A stretch of 64,000 nt of DNA from Bryobacteraceae bacterium (lineage in GTDB: Bacteria; Acidobacteriota; Terriglobia; Bryobacterales; Bryobacteraceae), in the NCBI GenBank assembly GCA_035507655.1, contig DATJNW010000105.1, positions 9,660 through 73,659 on the forward strand, written 5' to 3'. Made by a program: the position numbers and the translations under genes. This document shows, piece after piece, positions 8,042 through 16,225 of this stretch (position 1 is the first letter of the stretch; the number at the start of each line of letters is the position of its first letter). Below the pieces are notes generated by a model. That model worked only from the letters and a program-made list of their open reading frames with translations. It was not told the origin of the DNA and ran no database searches.

Positions 8042-8833
8042 ATGGCGAAACGCAAAGGGGGCCAGGCCCATGAAAATCATGAACGATGGCTGGTTTCCTA
8101 CGCCGACTTCATCACCCTTCTGTTCGCATTTTTCGTGGTGATGTTTGCGTCCTCGCAAACCGATAAGTCCCGCGCCAAACAGATTTCGGAAGCCGTGGAA
8201 AAAGCCCTGGAACAAGGTAAGACGGTGGGCGTGCCGCCGCAGGTCGCGAAGATTCTGGGCGGCACCGTCGACGATAAAGGCCAGGGCAACGCCCAGATGC
8301 GCGGGCCCGGCGGCGCTCAGCGCGCCGCAAAAGAAGCTCCGCCGGATGATGTAGTCGAGCTGATCCCGTCGCTCAAGGTGTTGAACGCCACGCTGCAACA
8401 GGAAATTAAAGCGGGCAAGGTCGAAGTGAGTCTCCAGCCGCGCGGCCTGGTGGTGAGTTTGAAACAGACCGCATTTTTCCCCTCGGGAACGGACGCAATC
8501 GATCCCGCCACGTATTCGATCCTCGAAAAAGTCGCCGAAGCGTTGAATTCGGTAAAAAATCCGTTGCGAATCGAAGGCCACACCGATTCGGTGCCGATCC
8601 ACACCGCTCGCTTCCGCAGCAACTGGGAGCTGTCCGCCGCGCGCGCCATTTCGATGATGGAGTTGCTGGCGACACATTTTCACCTGGATCCCACGCGGGT
8701 GGCCATCGTCGGTTTCGCCGATAACGAACCCGAGGCCCCCAACGACACGCCGGAAGGACGAGCGAAAAATCGCCGCGTGGATATCGTGATTATGAACCAG
8801 CTTGCGCTGAGAAAAATCGACACGAAAAAATAA
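8042..8833 (+). CDS. motB: flagellar stator protein MotB (OmpA-like C-terminal domain)
   Basis: N-terminal WLVSYADFITLLFAFFVVMF (contains the conserved Asp). C-terminal IEGHTDSVPI..SNWELSAARA..NRRVDIV. Confidence 0.9.
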   Translation: MAKRKGGQAHENHERWLVSYADFITLLFAFFVVMFASSQTDKSRAKQISEAVEKALEQGKTVGVPPQVAKILGGTVDDKGQGNAQMRGPGGAQRAAKEAPPDDVVELIPSLKVLNATLQQEIKAGKVEVSLQPRGLVVSLKQTAFFPSGTDAIDPATYSILEKVAEALNSVKNPLRIEGHTDSVPIHTARFRSNWELSAARAISMMELLATHFHLDPTRVAIVGFADNEPEAPNDTPEGRAKNRRVDIVIMNQLALRKIDTKK

Positions 8834-8836
8834 TCG

Positions 8837-9763
8837 TCAGCCTGCGGACAGCAGATCGAACAGCGTCGTCTTGGGCAAGGACGCTTCGGCCTGCAACGCA
8901 GCCTGCATGGAGGTCTGCTCCTGCGTCAGCGTGACGGCGGCCTGTGCCATGTTGGTGCCGGTCTCCTGCGAAATAGCGGTCTGATCCTGAAGCTGAAATT
9001 TCTGCGCGACATCGGTCGCATTGGAAAGCTGGTCCTGCACGCCACCGTAAAATTGCAGCGCCGCGGAAAGATGATTCTGCCCCGATTGCAGCGAAGTCAA
9101 TGCATTGTCGATCCCGGTTTGATCGTTATTGGCGAGCGCCAGGCGGAGATTGTTTACGGCCGCGAAAATGTTATCCGACGCGTAACTGCCGTCCGTATTG
9201 CGATCGTCAAAAATCTGCTGCGCCGTCTGGGAAACGGCAAACGTCACGCCCGTCGCATCCTGGATCAGCCGCGTCGAAGGCGAGGTAATCAGCTGATCGA
9301 CGCCGTTGCCGCTGCTCAGATCCAGTTGATAGGACGCCTGCGCGGTTTCGTCGCCGCTGAAGACATATTGCCCGTCGTACTGCGTCTGGGTAATCGACAC
9401 CAGCTCGGAAAGCGACTGCTCGACCTGTTGCGAAAGACCGCTGCGCACGGTCGCGCTGGTGTTGCTGTCGGCGCCCTGTTCTCCGAGCGAGGTGATCTGA
9501 TTGAGCAGCGACGTCGCGCTTTCAAGCGCGGATTCGGCCGTATTTACCTCGCTGGTCACGTTGCTCAGGTTGGTCGAAACCTGGTTGACCTGGCCCAGGC
9601 TGGATTCCAGTTGCAGCACATCGCTCAGCTCCGCCGGATTGTCGGAAGGCTGATTGAGGGTCCGGCCCGAGGAAATCTGCTCCTGCGTCTGCTCGGTTTC
9701 CTGATTGAGCGTCTGGAGGTTCGCGAGGAACTGCTCGGTAATCATGCTGAGGCCTTGAATCAT
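8837..9763 (-). CDS. flgL: flagellar hook-associated protein 3 FlgL
   Basis: 308 aa with flagellin-like N- and C-termini (ISSGRTLNQPSDNPAELSDVLQLES). Downstream of flgK. Confidence 0.85.
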   Translation of the reverse strand: MIQGLSMITEQFLANLQTLNQETEQTQEQISSGRTLNQPSDNPAELSDVLQLESSLGQVNQVSTNLSNVTSEVNTAESALESATSLLNQITSLGEQGADSNTSATVRSGLSQQVEQSLSELVSITQTQYDGQYVFSGDETAQASYQLDLSSGNGVDQLITSPSTRLIQDATGVTFAVSQTAQQIFDDRNTDGSYASDNIFAAVNNLRLALANNDQTGIDNALTSLQSGQNHLSAALQFYGGVQDQLSNATDVAQKFQLQDQTAISQETGTNMAQAAVTLTQEQTSMQAALQAEASLPKTTLFDLLSAG

Positions 9764-9772
9764 GACGATCCT

Positions 9773-11203
9773 TTATGCAGTGGACGGAACCATGTTGATC
9801 AGCGTGGTGGCGAGGGAGCTGATTACCGTGACCATTTTGCCGGCAGCGTCGTAGCCCTCTTGCAGTTGAAGCACCAGCGCCGCCTCGGCATCGAGCGAAA
9901 CGCCGGAAATCTGCGTCTGCACCGATTGCGCCTGCGCCAGCAGCTGGGTGTGAAGCGTCTGGCCGGTTTGAGCGTCGGAAGCCTGCTGGCCGACCTGCGT
10001 CGCGATCGACGCCGAATACTCCAGAATCGTCTGGCCATCCGTGGCCGAAGTCGAAGCCGTCGAATTTCCCAGATTCGACAGCGCCAGCGCGGCGCCGTTG
10101 CCGACCTCCGGCGGACCCGGATCGACCGGCGCCAGTTCATCTCCGGTGATCGAAGGATTCACGGCGAGCGTTGCCGCGACATCGACCGGGCTCGCGGCGT
10201 CGTAGGTAAACAATGCGGTCCCGGCTTGCCCGCCGGTGGTTTGCGCGCTGGTCAGGATTTGATTCACCTGGTCGGCCACCTGCTGCGCCAGAACGTTCAG
10301 CGAGCCCTGCTGCTGTCCGTTGCCTTGCAGCGACGGCAGAACCGTATTCCGTACATAGAGCAACCCGCCGAGGCTGCCTTGCGAAATATCGGCCGTAATA
10401 TCGTCGCCGTTGCTATCGAGAATCTGCGCGTTCGGAACAGCGTTCGCGTTGCCGCCCGTGGCATTCGCGAAGTTCGCCTGAATCGAATATTGCTGGCTTC
10501 CCACCACCAGCTCGGATTGCCCGCCGAGCAGCACCGTAGCCGTTCCGTTGGAAGCGTATTGCACGGTCACGTCCGCGACTTGCGAAAGATTCTCGATCGC
10601 CGCCTGTAGATTTGCCTGAACGTTCGGGTCCGGCGGCTGGCTTTGCGCGATGGCCGCGTTATCGGTCGCAATCTGCGAAGCCAGCGAATTGATCTGTCCG
10701 ACGGCGCCGCTGATCTGCTGATTCAACTGCGTGGTGGTCTGCGACAGGCTCGAGGCGGCGGACTGGAACTGTTCAGCGAACGCCTGCGCCTGCGAGATCA
10801 CATCCTGCTGATTCGATGACGAATCCGGATCGGTGCTCCACGCCGAGAAGCTCTGAAACAGATTGTTCAGCGCCCCCAGAACTCCGGTTTGCCCGGTCAC
10901 GTCGAACAGCGATTGAATGGATGATAATGCCGTCGATTGCGCCGTGTAATTTCCCTGTTGGGCAAGCTGCGTCCACACCGCCTGATCGGCGTAGACATCG
11001 TCGGTGCTCTGCGTCGGGCCTGAATTGACGCCGCCATCCAGGCCGCCCGAAACATTGAAAGGTTGCGCCTCAAAGGTCGGAATCTGGTTGGAGTAGCCGG
11101 GCGTGGAAGAATTGCTGACATTGTTCTGCGCGACGTCGAGCGCGTTCTGCAACGCGTCGAGCGCGCTCACGCTGCTGTTCAATGCACCGAAAAGGCCGCC
11201 CAT
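9773..11203 (-). CDS. flgK: flagellar hook-associated protein 1 FlgK
   Basis: 476 aa. N-terminal LNSSVSALDALQNALDVAQNNVSNSSTPGYSNQ and C-terminal SGVSLDAEAALVLQLQEGYDAAGKMV. Confidence 0.9.
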   Translation of the reverse strand: MGGLFGALNSSVSALDALQNALDVAQNNVSNSSTPGYSNQIPTFEAQPFNVSGGLDGGVNSGPTQSTDDVYADQAVWTQLAQQGNYTAQSTALSSIQSLFDVTGQTGVLGALNNLFQSFSAWSTDPDSSSNQQDVISQAQAFAEQFQSAASSLSQTTTQLNQQISGAVGQINSLASQIATDNAAIAQSQPPDPNVQANLQAAIENLSQVADVTVQYASNGTATVLLGGQSELVVGSQQYSIQANFANATGGNANAVPNAQILDSNGDDITADISQGSLGGLLYVRNTVLPSLQGNGQQQGSLNVLAQQVADQVNQILTSAQTTGGQAGTALFTYDAASPVDVAATLAVNPSITGDELAPVDPGPPEVGNGAALALSNLGNSTASTSATDGQTILEYSASIATQVGQQASDAQTGQTLHTQLLAQAQSVQTQISGVSLDAEAALVLQLQEGYDAAGKMVTVISSLATTLINMVPSTA

Positions 11204-11208
11204 ATTGT

Positions 11209-11553
11209 TCAGATCTCGAAGGATCGTCTGCTTCCCCGCTCGGCGAACTCCGGCAATCCCCCGCGCGTATATCCGGCGCCCGACTGCCGTTGCCGCCAGC
11301 CGCGAACCAGGTTGGTTCCATAGGCGATCTGTACCCGCAAACCGCGCACGGTTTTATGAATCCGCCCAACCGCCAGAAAAACAGCCGGATTCCAGTCGCG
11401 CGAGGTTCCGGCCACCAGCCGTTCCAGAATTTCCGCGACCTCGCATAAAACCTCGATTCCCCGGTCGAGCCCTTCCGGACTCGGATTCCTCAACAGGTCC
11501 TGCGCGATGGCCAGATGATCCTCGGCCGATTGACACTGATCCCGCGCTGTCAT
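11209..11553 (-). CDS. hypothetical protein in the flgN position (between flgM and flgK)
   Basis: 114 aa. 9-nt and 5-nt gaps to flgM and flgK respectively. No FlgN motif that I can recognise; any function is assigned by position only. Confidence 0.4.
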   Translation of the reverse strand: MTARDQCQSAEDHLAIAQDLLRNPSPEGLDRGIEVLCEVAEILERLVAGTSRDWNPAVFLAVGRIHKTVRGLRVQIAYGTNLVRGWRQRQSGAGYTRGGLPEFAERGSRRSFEI

Positions 11554-11562
11554 GAAGATTCC

Positions 11563-11859
11563 TCAGTAGCCGTTCATCGTCGCCGAAACGATCGACTGGC
11601 TTAAGGCCCCCGCGTCGACTTCGTACTGACCGGACTGCACCAGAGCCCGCAATTGCTCGATACGGGACGCGCTATCGCCAGTCCCGGCGTTCTGGGCTTG
11701 CGACAACAGGCCGTTCTGACCCCCCAGCTCGATGGCGTCGGTGGAAGGACTCGCGCTTTGCGCCGTCCGGCTGCCGGCCGCCGTTTTCGATAACTCGAAC
11801 GCGCTATCGTTTTGTGACTTCGAAATTGTGTTCACGGTGTCCTGCCCTGTTATCCTCAA
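11563..11859 (-). CDS. flgM: anti-sigma-28 factor FlgM
   Basis: 98 aa with a disordered Ser/Thr/Ala-rich N-terminus and the C-terminal motif RIEQLRALVQSGQYEVDAGALSQSIV. TTG start with a GGAGG RBS. Confidence 0.8.
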   Translation of the reverse strand: MRITGQDTVNTISKSQNDSAFELSKTAAGSRTAQSASPSTDAIELGGQNGLLSQAQNAGTGDSASRIEQLRALVQSGQYEVDAGALSQSIVSATMNGY

Positions 11860-11917
11860 GCGGTCAGCCTCCTATATCGCGAAAAATCGCCGGTTGTTGA
11901 GCCAAATTTTGGGGGTA

Positions 11918-12223
11918 CTAAGTGAATTTTCCTATTTCCGCCTCTTCACCGGGGCCATCCGGACGCGATCCGAGGGCGCGCGGCACGCCGGCGCCGGCCT
12001 CTTTGGCCATCCGCAGGACGCGAACGGCATAATTCCCGTCCACGCCGACCACTTCGCCGTAGGCGATCAGGCAATTATTCACCCGAATCTCCACTTCATC
12101 CCCCACGCGCTGGTCCAGTTCCACGATCGAGCCGTGCGTCAACGCCACCAGGTCCTTCATACGCACCTTGGTTCTTCCCAGCGAAACACTCAGCGGAACT
12201 TCCACCTGCATTAGGATTTCCAT
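11918..12223 (-). CDS. FliN-like SpoA-domain switch protein (second copy)
   Basis: MEILMQVEVPLSVSLGRTKVRMKDLVALTHGSIVELDQRVGDEVEIRVNNCLIAYGEVV is the FliN/SctQ C-terminal fold motif. I chose the internal ATG because the upstream part of the ORF overlaps fliA. Confidence 0.8.
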   Translation of the reverse strand: MEILMQVEVPLSVSLGRTKVRMKDLVALTHGSIVELDQRVGDEVEIRVNNCLIAYGEVVGVDGNYAVRVLRMAKEAGAGVPRALGSRPDGPGEEAEIGKFT

Positions 12224-12257
12224 CGAATTTCGACTCGTATCTTCAGACACTTCCAAT

Positions 12258-13022
12258 TTAAACTCCCCTCGACACCGGCCAGTACCGCTCGATGTATTCC
12301 CGAAGCCGCAGAATCGCCTGGGCTTTGAGTTGCGAAATGCGGGTAATGTGCAAATCAAGTATCGGCGCGATTTCCCGGATATTTTGTCCTTGCCGGTAAT
12401 ACAGATCCAGCACGATTCGTTCGGCCCGCGGCATCCGCTCGATCCCTTGCTCGATCAGCTTCTCCAGTTCGGAGCGTTCCAGCAGGCGAGCCGGGGTCTG
12501 GTCCTCGCGATCGGCCAGATAGCTGAGCAGGGTACGCGCATCGTCGCCCCGCGTCGGCGCGTCCAGGCTGCCGATGGTAACTCCGCGCAGCTCGAGCAGC
12601 GATTCGCGGTACTCTTCGAGCGTCATGCGCAGCTCGGCGGCGATTTCTTCTTCGGTTGGCGCGCGCTGAAGCGCCTGCTCCAGTTTGCCCACGGCAACCT
12701 GGATCTGTTTCACCCTTTTGCGCTTGTGCGGCGCGACGCCGTCCAGGCCGCGAATGCTGTCGAGGATCGCGCCCCGAATGCGATGCTCCGCGTAGGTCTT
12801 CAATTGCACATTGAAGGACGGGTCGAAGCTGTCAATGGCATTGATCAGCCCGATAATCCCGATGGAAATCAGGTCTTCGAGCGAGGTATTGTTGGGCAGA
12901 CGTTCATGAATTCGCGTGGCGATCCAGCGAACCTGGGGCAGATGATCCAGAATCAGCTGTTCCCGCTCGCTGTCGCCGTGATTGCCAGCCTGAGTGTAGG
13001 CCAGTGCGGTCGACGGATTCAT
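12258..13022 (-). CDS. fliA: flagellar sigma factor FliA (sigma-28)
   Basis: Contains LEDLISIGIIGLINAIDSFDPSFNVQLKTYAEHRIRGAILDSIR (region 2) and a region 4 HTH, QNIREIAPILDLHITRISQLKAQAI. ATG at 13022 with a GAGGG RBS. Confidence 0.9.
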   Translation of the reverse strand: MNPSTALAYTQAGNHGDSEREQLILDHLPQVRWIATRIHERLPNNTSLEDLISIGIIGLINAIDSFDPSFNVQLKTYAEHRIRGAILDSIRGLDGVAPHKRKRVKQIQVAVGKLEQALQRAPTEEEIAAELRMTLEEYRESLLELRGVTIGSLDAPTRGDDARTLLSYLADREDQTPARLLERSELEKLIEQGIERMPRAERIVLDLYYRQGQNIREIAPILDLHITRISQLKAQAILRLREYIERYWPVSRGV

Positions 13023-13029
13023 GGTGCCC

Positions 13030-14145
13030 TCACGCACAGGCCGCCCGCCCGAGGTCGCGGCCGAGCGCCAGCGCAACCAGGTCCTCGATCGAAAAGGCGT
13101 GCAAACTCTTAGGAATGGACACGCCGTCGGTCACCAGCGACAGGCTCAATCCCGCCTGCGCCGCCTCGCAGACCGCCGGACCAATCGAGGTGGTCTCGTC
13201 GAGCCTGGTGATGATCAGCTTCGCCGGATGGAAGATTCTATAGCGCGCGATGCATTGCCGCAGTGCGCCGGCCGCCATGTAACCGGGAGCGACCAGGTGC
13301 ACGTCCATGCCGCGGCACCGATCGAAGATTGCGGCGATTTTCTCGCGCTCCGCCGGCGCGGCATAGGCCGGCGTGTCAATCAGGACGATTTCCCTGTGGC
13401 GCGCCGTCTCCAGAATCTCCGGCAAATTCTCGGGCGCCTCCACGGCCGTAAATGTAATGCCCAGTTTTCGCGAGAACAACTGCAACTGCATGCGGCTGGC
13501 CAGCTCCGTATCGAGCGTCAGGATGCGCACCGGCCGGTCCGGACTCGCCTGAAACGCGGCGATTTTCATTATCGTGCTGGTCTTCCCGGCTCCGCCCGGA
13601 CCAGCGAGCAGCACGGTAGTTTCTTCCGCGGACGTTCCCAGCCGGGAATCGACCGGAATCCGCGCGCTTAATTCGGCGCGGAGAATCTGTTCGAACTTCT
13701 CCCAGCTGAATCGCCTGGTCTGCCATGCAAACGGGAACGTTTTTTTGGATTTGACCTGAGCTTCCGGCATGGCCGCCTGCACCCGGTCGACGATTTCGCC
13801 GGCAAGCTCGGCATCCAAACCGGCCACCGCCAGATTTTCATAGACGTGGGCGAGTTCCGGGAGCCGCTGCCTGCTATGTTCGGCGATCAGCAATCGCCGG
13901 ATCTCGTCGAGTTGCGCGCGGACGCACGCGAGATCGGCGCTCGCCGTGCTTTTCTGTTGCGCCTGCGCCGGAGTCCCGGCCGGTTCTGGCGAACCCTCCG
14001 CGGAACCAAAGGCCACTTCATACTCTTCGCTGGCACCTTCACCGCTCTTGCGCGTGCTCAGCAGAAGCGCCTCATCGCCCAGCTCGGCGCGAGCCTTGGC
14101 CATGGCCTCATCCACCGACTTCACGAAATAAGATTTGATTCGCAT
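13030..14145 (-). CDS. flhF: flagellar biosynthesis SRP-type GTPase FlhF (degenerate G3 motif)
   Basis: N-terminal MRIKSYFVKSVDEAMAKARAELGDEALLL, G1 motif GPGGAGKTS, G4 motif ITRLDETTSIG. G3 reads DTPAY instead of DTAGR. Confidence 0.85.
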   Translation of the reverse strand: MRIKSYFVKSVDEAMAKARAELGDEALLLSTRKSGEGASEEYEVAFGSAEGSPEPAGTPAQAQQKSTASADLACVRAQLDEIRRLLIAEHSRQRLPELAHVYENLAVAGLDAELAGEIVDRVQAAMPEAQVKSKKTFPFAWQTRRFSWEKFEQILRAELSARIPVDSRLGTSAEETTVLLAGPGGAGKTSTIMKIAAFQASPDRPVRILTLDTELASRMQLQLFSRKLGITFTAVEAPENLPEILETARHREIVLIDTPAYAAPAEREKIAAIFDRCRGMDVHLVAPGYMAAGALRQCIARYRIFHPAKLIITRLDETTSIGPAVCEAAQAGLSLSLVTDGVSIPKSLHAFSIEDLVALALGRDLGRAACA

Positions 14146-16202
14146 CAGTCAATCACCCCCCGCGATCGCATCTTGACCTCGGACGGAATCTCGTTGTGGG
14201 AGAGCACGGTCAGGTTCGGCAGTGCCGCTTCCACAATCTGCCGCACGAAATAGCGGGATGCGGCGCTGGTCACCACCACCGCCGATTCGCTTTTTTCGAT
14301 TTTTTTGGAAAAGCGCGCCACAATGTCGCGAATGGTATCCGGGGGCATGCCCAGCAGGCTGTTCAACTCGCTATGTTCGACGGCGGATTCCACGGATCGC
14401 TCGATGGCCGGATCGATCACATACGCGCTCAATTCGCCCTGGCTGTTCGCGAGCGGCTGGACAATTCCTCGGCGAATCGTTTGCCGGACGTACTCCGTCA
14501 GCAGCACCGGATTCTTGCTGCTCTGCGCGGCTTCGCCCAACGCTTCGAGAATGGCGACCGCGTCGCGGATCGGAACGCGTTCGCGCAACAAATTTTGAAT
14601 CACCCGCTGCACCGCCGCCAGTGGAAGCAGTTTGGGGACCAGATCTTCAATCACTTTGGGGTTATCGCGGGCCACGCGATCGTACAGCGTTTTCGTGTCC
14701 TGGCGGCTGAACAGCTCATGCGCGTAGCGCTTGGCTAATTCCGACAGATGCGTTCCGATGACGCTGACCGCGTCGACCACAGTGTAGCCACTCGCGCGGG
14801 CCCGGTCGGCCTGCTCCTGCCGCACCCACACGGCGGGGAGCCCGAAAGCCGGATCGTGCGTGGCTTTGGCCTGAAGCGATTTATCCGGCGCCCCGTTGGG
14901 GATTGCTAACTCGTGGCCTTGCAGCAGTTCGAAACGTCCGATTTCGTTGCCGCGCATCAGGATCACGTATTCTCGCGAACGCAGCCCGATGTTGTCTTTC
15001 ACTTTCACCGGCGGCATCAAATACCCGATCTGCTTGGCCAGCTGCTTGCGCACGCCCAACACCCGCTGCAACAGCGCCGAATCGTTGCCGCGCTCGACCA
15101 GGTAAACCAGACCTAAGCCGATTTCGAGCGAAAGCGCTTCCACTTTCAGCAGGTCTTCGAAGCTGTCCTTCGGTTTGGCCGTGGCGGCCGCCGGAGCCAG
15201 CCGGGCGTCGGATTTTCGACGCATTCGCCAACCTGCCGTCCCCAATCCCCCTCCGAGCACCAGAAACGGGAGCGTCGGCAATCCCGGAAACATGGCCAGG
15301 ACCATCAGCAAACCGCCGGCGAGCAGCAGCGGCTGCGCCGATTTGAGCACCTGCTTTTGCACCTCGGCGCCCAAACTTTCTTCGGTGCCGGTCCGGGTGA
15401 TGATCAAACCTCCCGAAACCGAGATCATCAGCGCCGGAATCACCGTCACCAGGCCGTCGCCGATGGTCAACACGGTGTAGGTTTCGATCGCGTGCTGCAA
15501 TTCCATGCCATGCTGGAAAACTCCGATCAGGAAACCGGCGATGATATTGATTCCCGTGATCAGAATGCTGGCGACCGCGTCACGCTGGGTGAACCGCGAC
15601 GCCCCGTCCATGGCGCCGTAAAATTCCGCTTCCGACGCCAGGTGTTTGCGCCGGGCGCGCGCTTCGTTTTCATCGATCAGGCCGGAATTGAGGTCGGCGT
15701 CGATGGACATCTGCTTGCCGGGAAGCGCGTCCAGGGTAAAGCGCGCCGTGACTTCGGAAATTCGCACCGCGCCGTGGTTGATGACGACGTATTGAATCGC
15801 GATCAGCACCAGAAAAATCACCGTTCCGATGATGTAATTTCCGCCGACCACAAAATTTCCGAAGGCTTCGATCACCTGGCCGGCCGCCGACGTGCCGGTA
15901 TTTCCATTCAGCAGAATCAGACGGGCGGAAGAAATATTCAGCGACAGGCGAAAGAGGGTCAATAACAGCAGAACGGTCGGGAAAACACTAAAATCGACCG
16001 GGCGGCGAATGTACACCGCAACCATCATCACGATCACCGAGAGCATGATGTCGGTGACGATCAGAAAATCGAGCAGGATCGACGGCATCGGCGTGATCAG
16101 CGCGATGATAATCGCGATGATCGCGACCGGAACGCCGAATTCGGTCCAATTCGAAAGCTTTTGGAGCGAATCGTCCGCCGCGACTGTGGTGGCCTGTGAC
16201 AA
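14145..16202 (-). CDS. flhA: flagellar export gate protein FlhA
   Basis: 685 aa with an N-terminal TM domain, the FHIPEP region (RFTLDALPGKQMSIDADLN) and a large cytoplasmic domain. Confidence 0.95.
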   Translation of the reverse strand: MSQATTVAADDSLQKLSNWTEFGVPVAIIAIIIALITPMPSILLDFLIVTDIMLSVIVMMVAVYIRRPVDFSVFPTVLLLLTLFRLSLNISSARLILLNGNTGTSAAGQVIEAFGNFVVGGNYIIGTVIFLVLIAIQYVVINHGAVRISEVTARFTLDALPGKQMSIDADLNSGLIDENEARARRKHLASEAEFYGAMDGASRFTQRDAVASILITGINIIAGFLIGVFQHGMELQHAIETYTVLTIGDGLVTVIPALMISVSGGLIITRTGTEESLGAEVQKQVLKSAQPLLLAGGLLMVLAMFPGLPTLPFLVLGGGLGTAGWRMRRKSDARLAPAAATAKPKDSFEDLLKVEALSLEIGLGLVYLVERGNDSALLQRVLGVRKQLAKQIGYLMPPVKVKDNIGLRSREYVILMRGNEIGRFELLQGHELAIPNGAPDKSLQAKATHDPAFGLPAVWVRQEQADRARASGYTVVDAVSVIGTHLSELAKRYAHELFSRQDTKTLYDRVARDNPKVIEDLVPKLLPLAAVQRVIQNLLRERVPIRDAVAILEALGEAAQSSKNPVLLTEYVRQTIRRGIVQPLANSQGELSAYVIDPAIERSVESAVEHSELNSLLGMPPDTIRDIVARFSKKIEKSESAVVVTSAASRYFVRQIVEAALPNLTVLSHNEIPSEVKMRSRGVID

Positions 16203-16225
16203 GCAAGTCCCCGGGTGTCAAAACC

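Noticed and set aside
7100-8683. 527-aa minus-strand ORF across motA/motB. The same pattern is seen for 3006-4142 (+), 9053-10609 (+), 16196-17284 (+), 21156-22361 (+), 24594-25628 (-), 36630-38273 (-), 53223-54806 (-) and 62429-63412 (-).
   Set aside because: These are shadow ORFs antisense to genes with unmistakable homology (MotAB, FliD, FlgK/L, the sigma-54 activator, FlgG, FlgE, the sensor kinase, the M20 peptidase, OmpA). Their translations are Arg/Gly/Pro-rich, low-complexity strings, as expected for the non-coding strand of high-GC genes.
8831-8839. The convergent motB and flgL stop codons are separated by only 3 nt, with no terminator between them.
   Set aside because: It is real in the sequence, but tight convergent gene ends are common in compact genomes. 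On its own this is not informative enough for a finding.
11874-11911. Sigma-28-like matches upstream of flgM (CAAA...GGCGATTT and TCAA-N15-CGCGATAT).
   Set aside because: Both are weak. The better -10 match (CGCGATAT) would start transcription inside the flgM Shine-Dalgarno. Not reported as a feature; the internal promoter question is left open.
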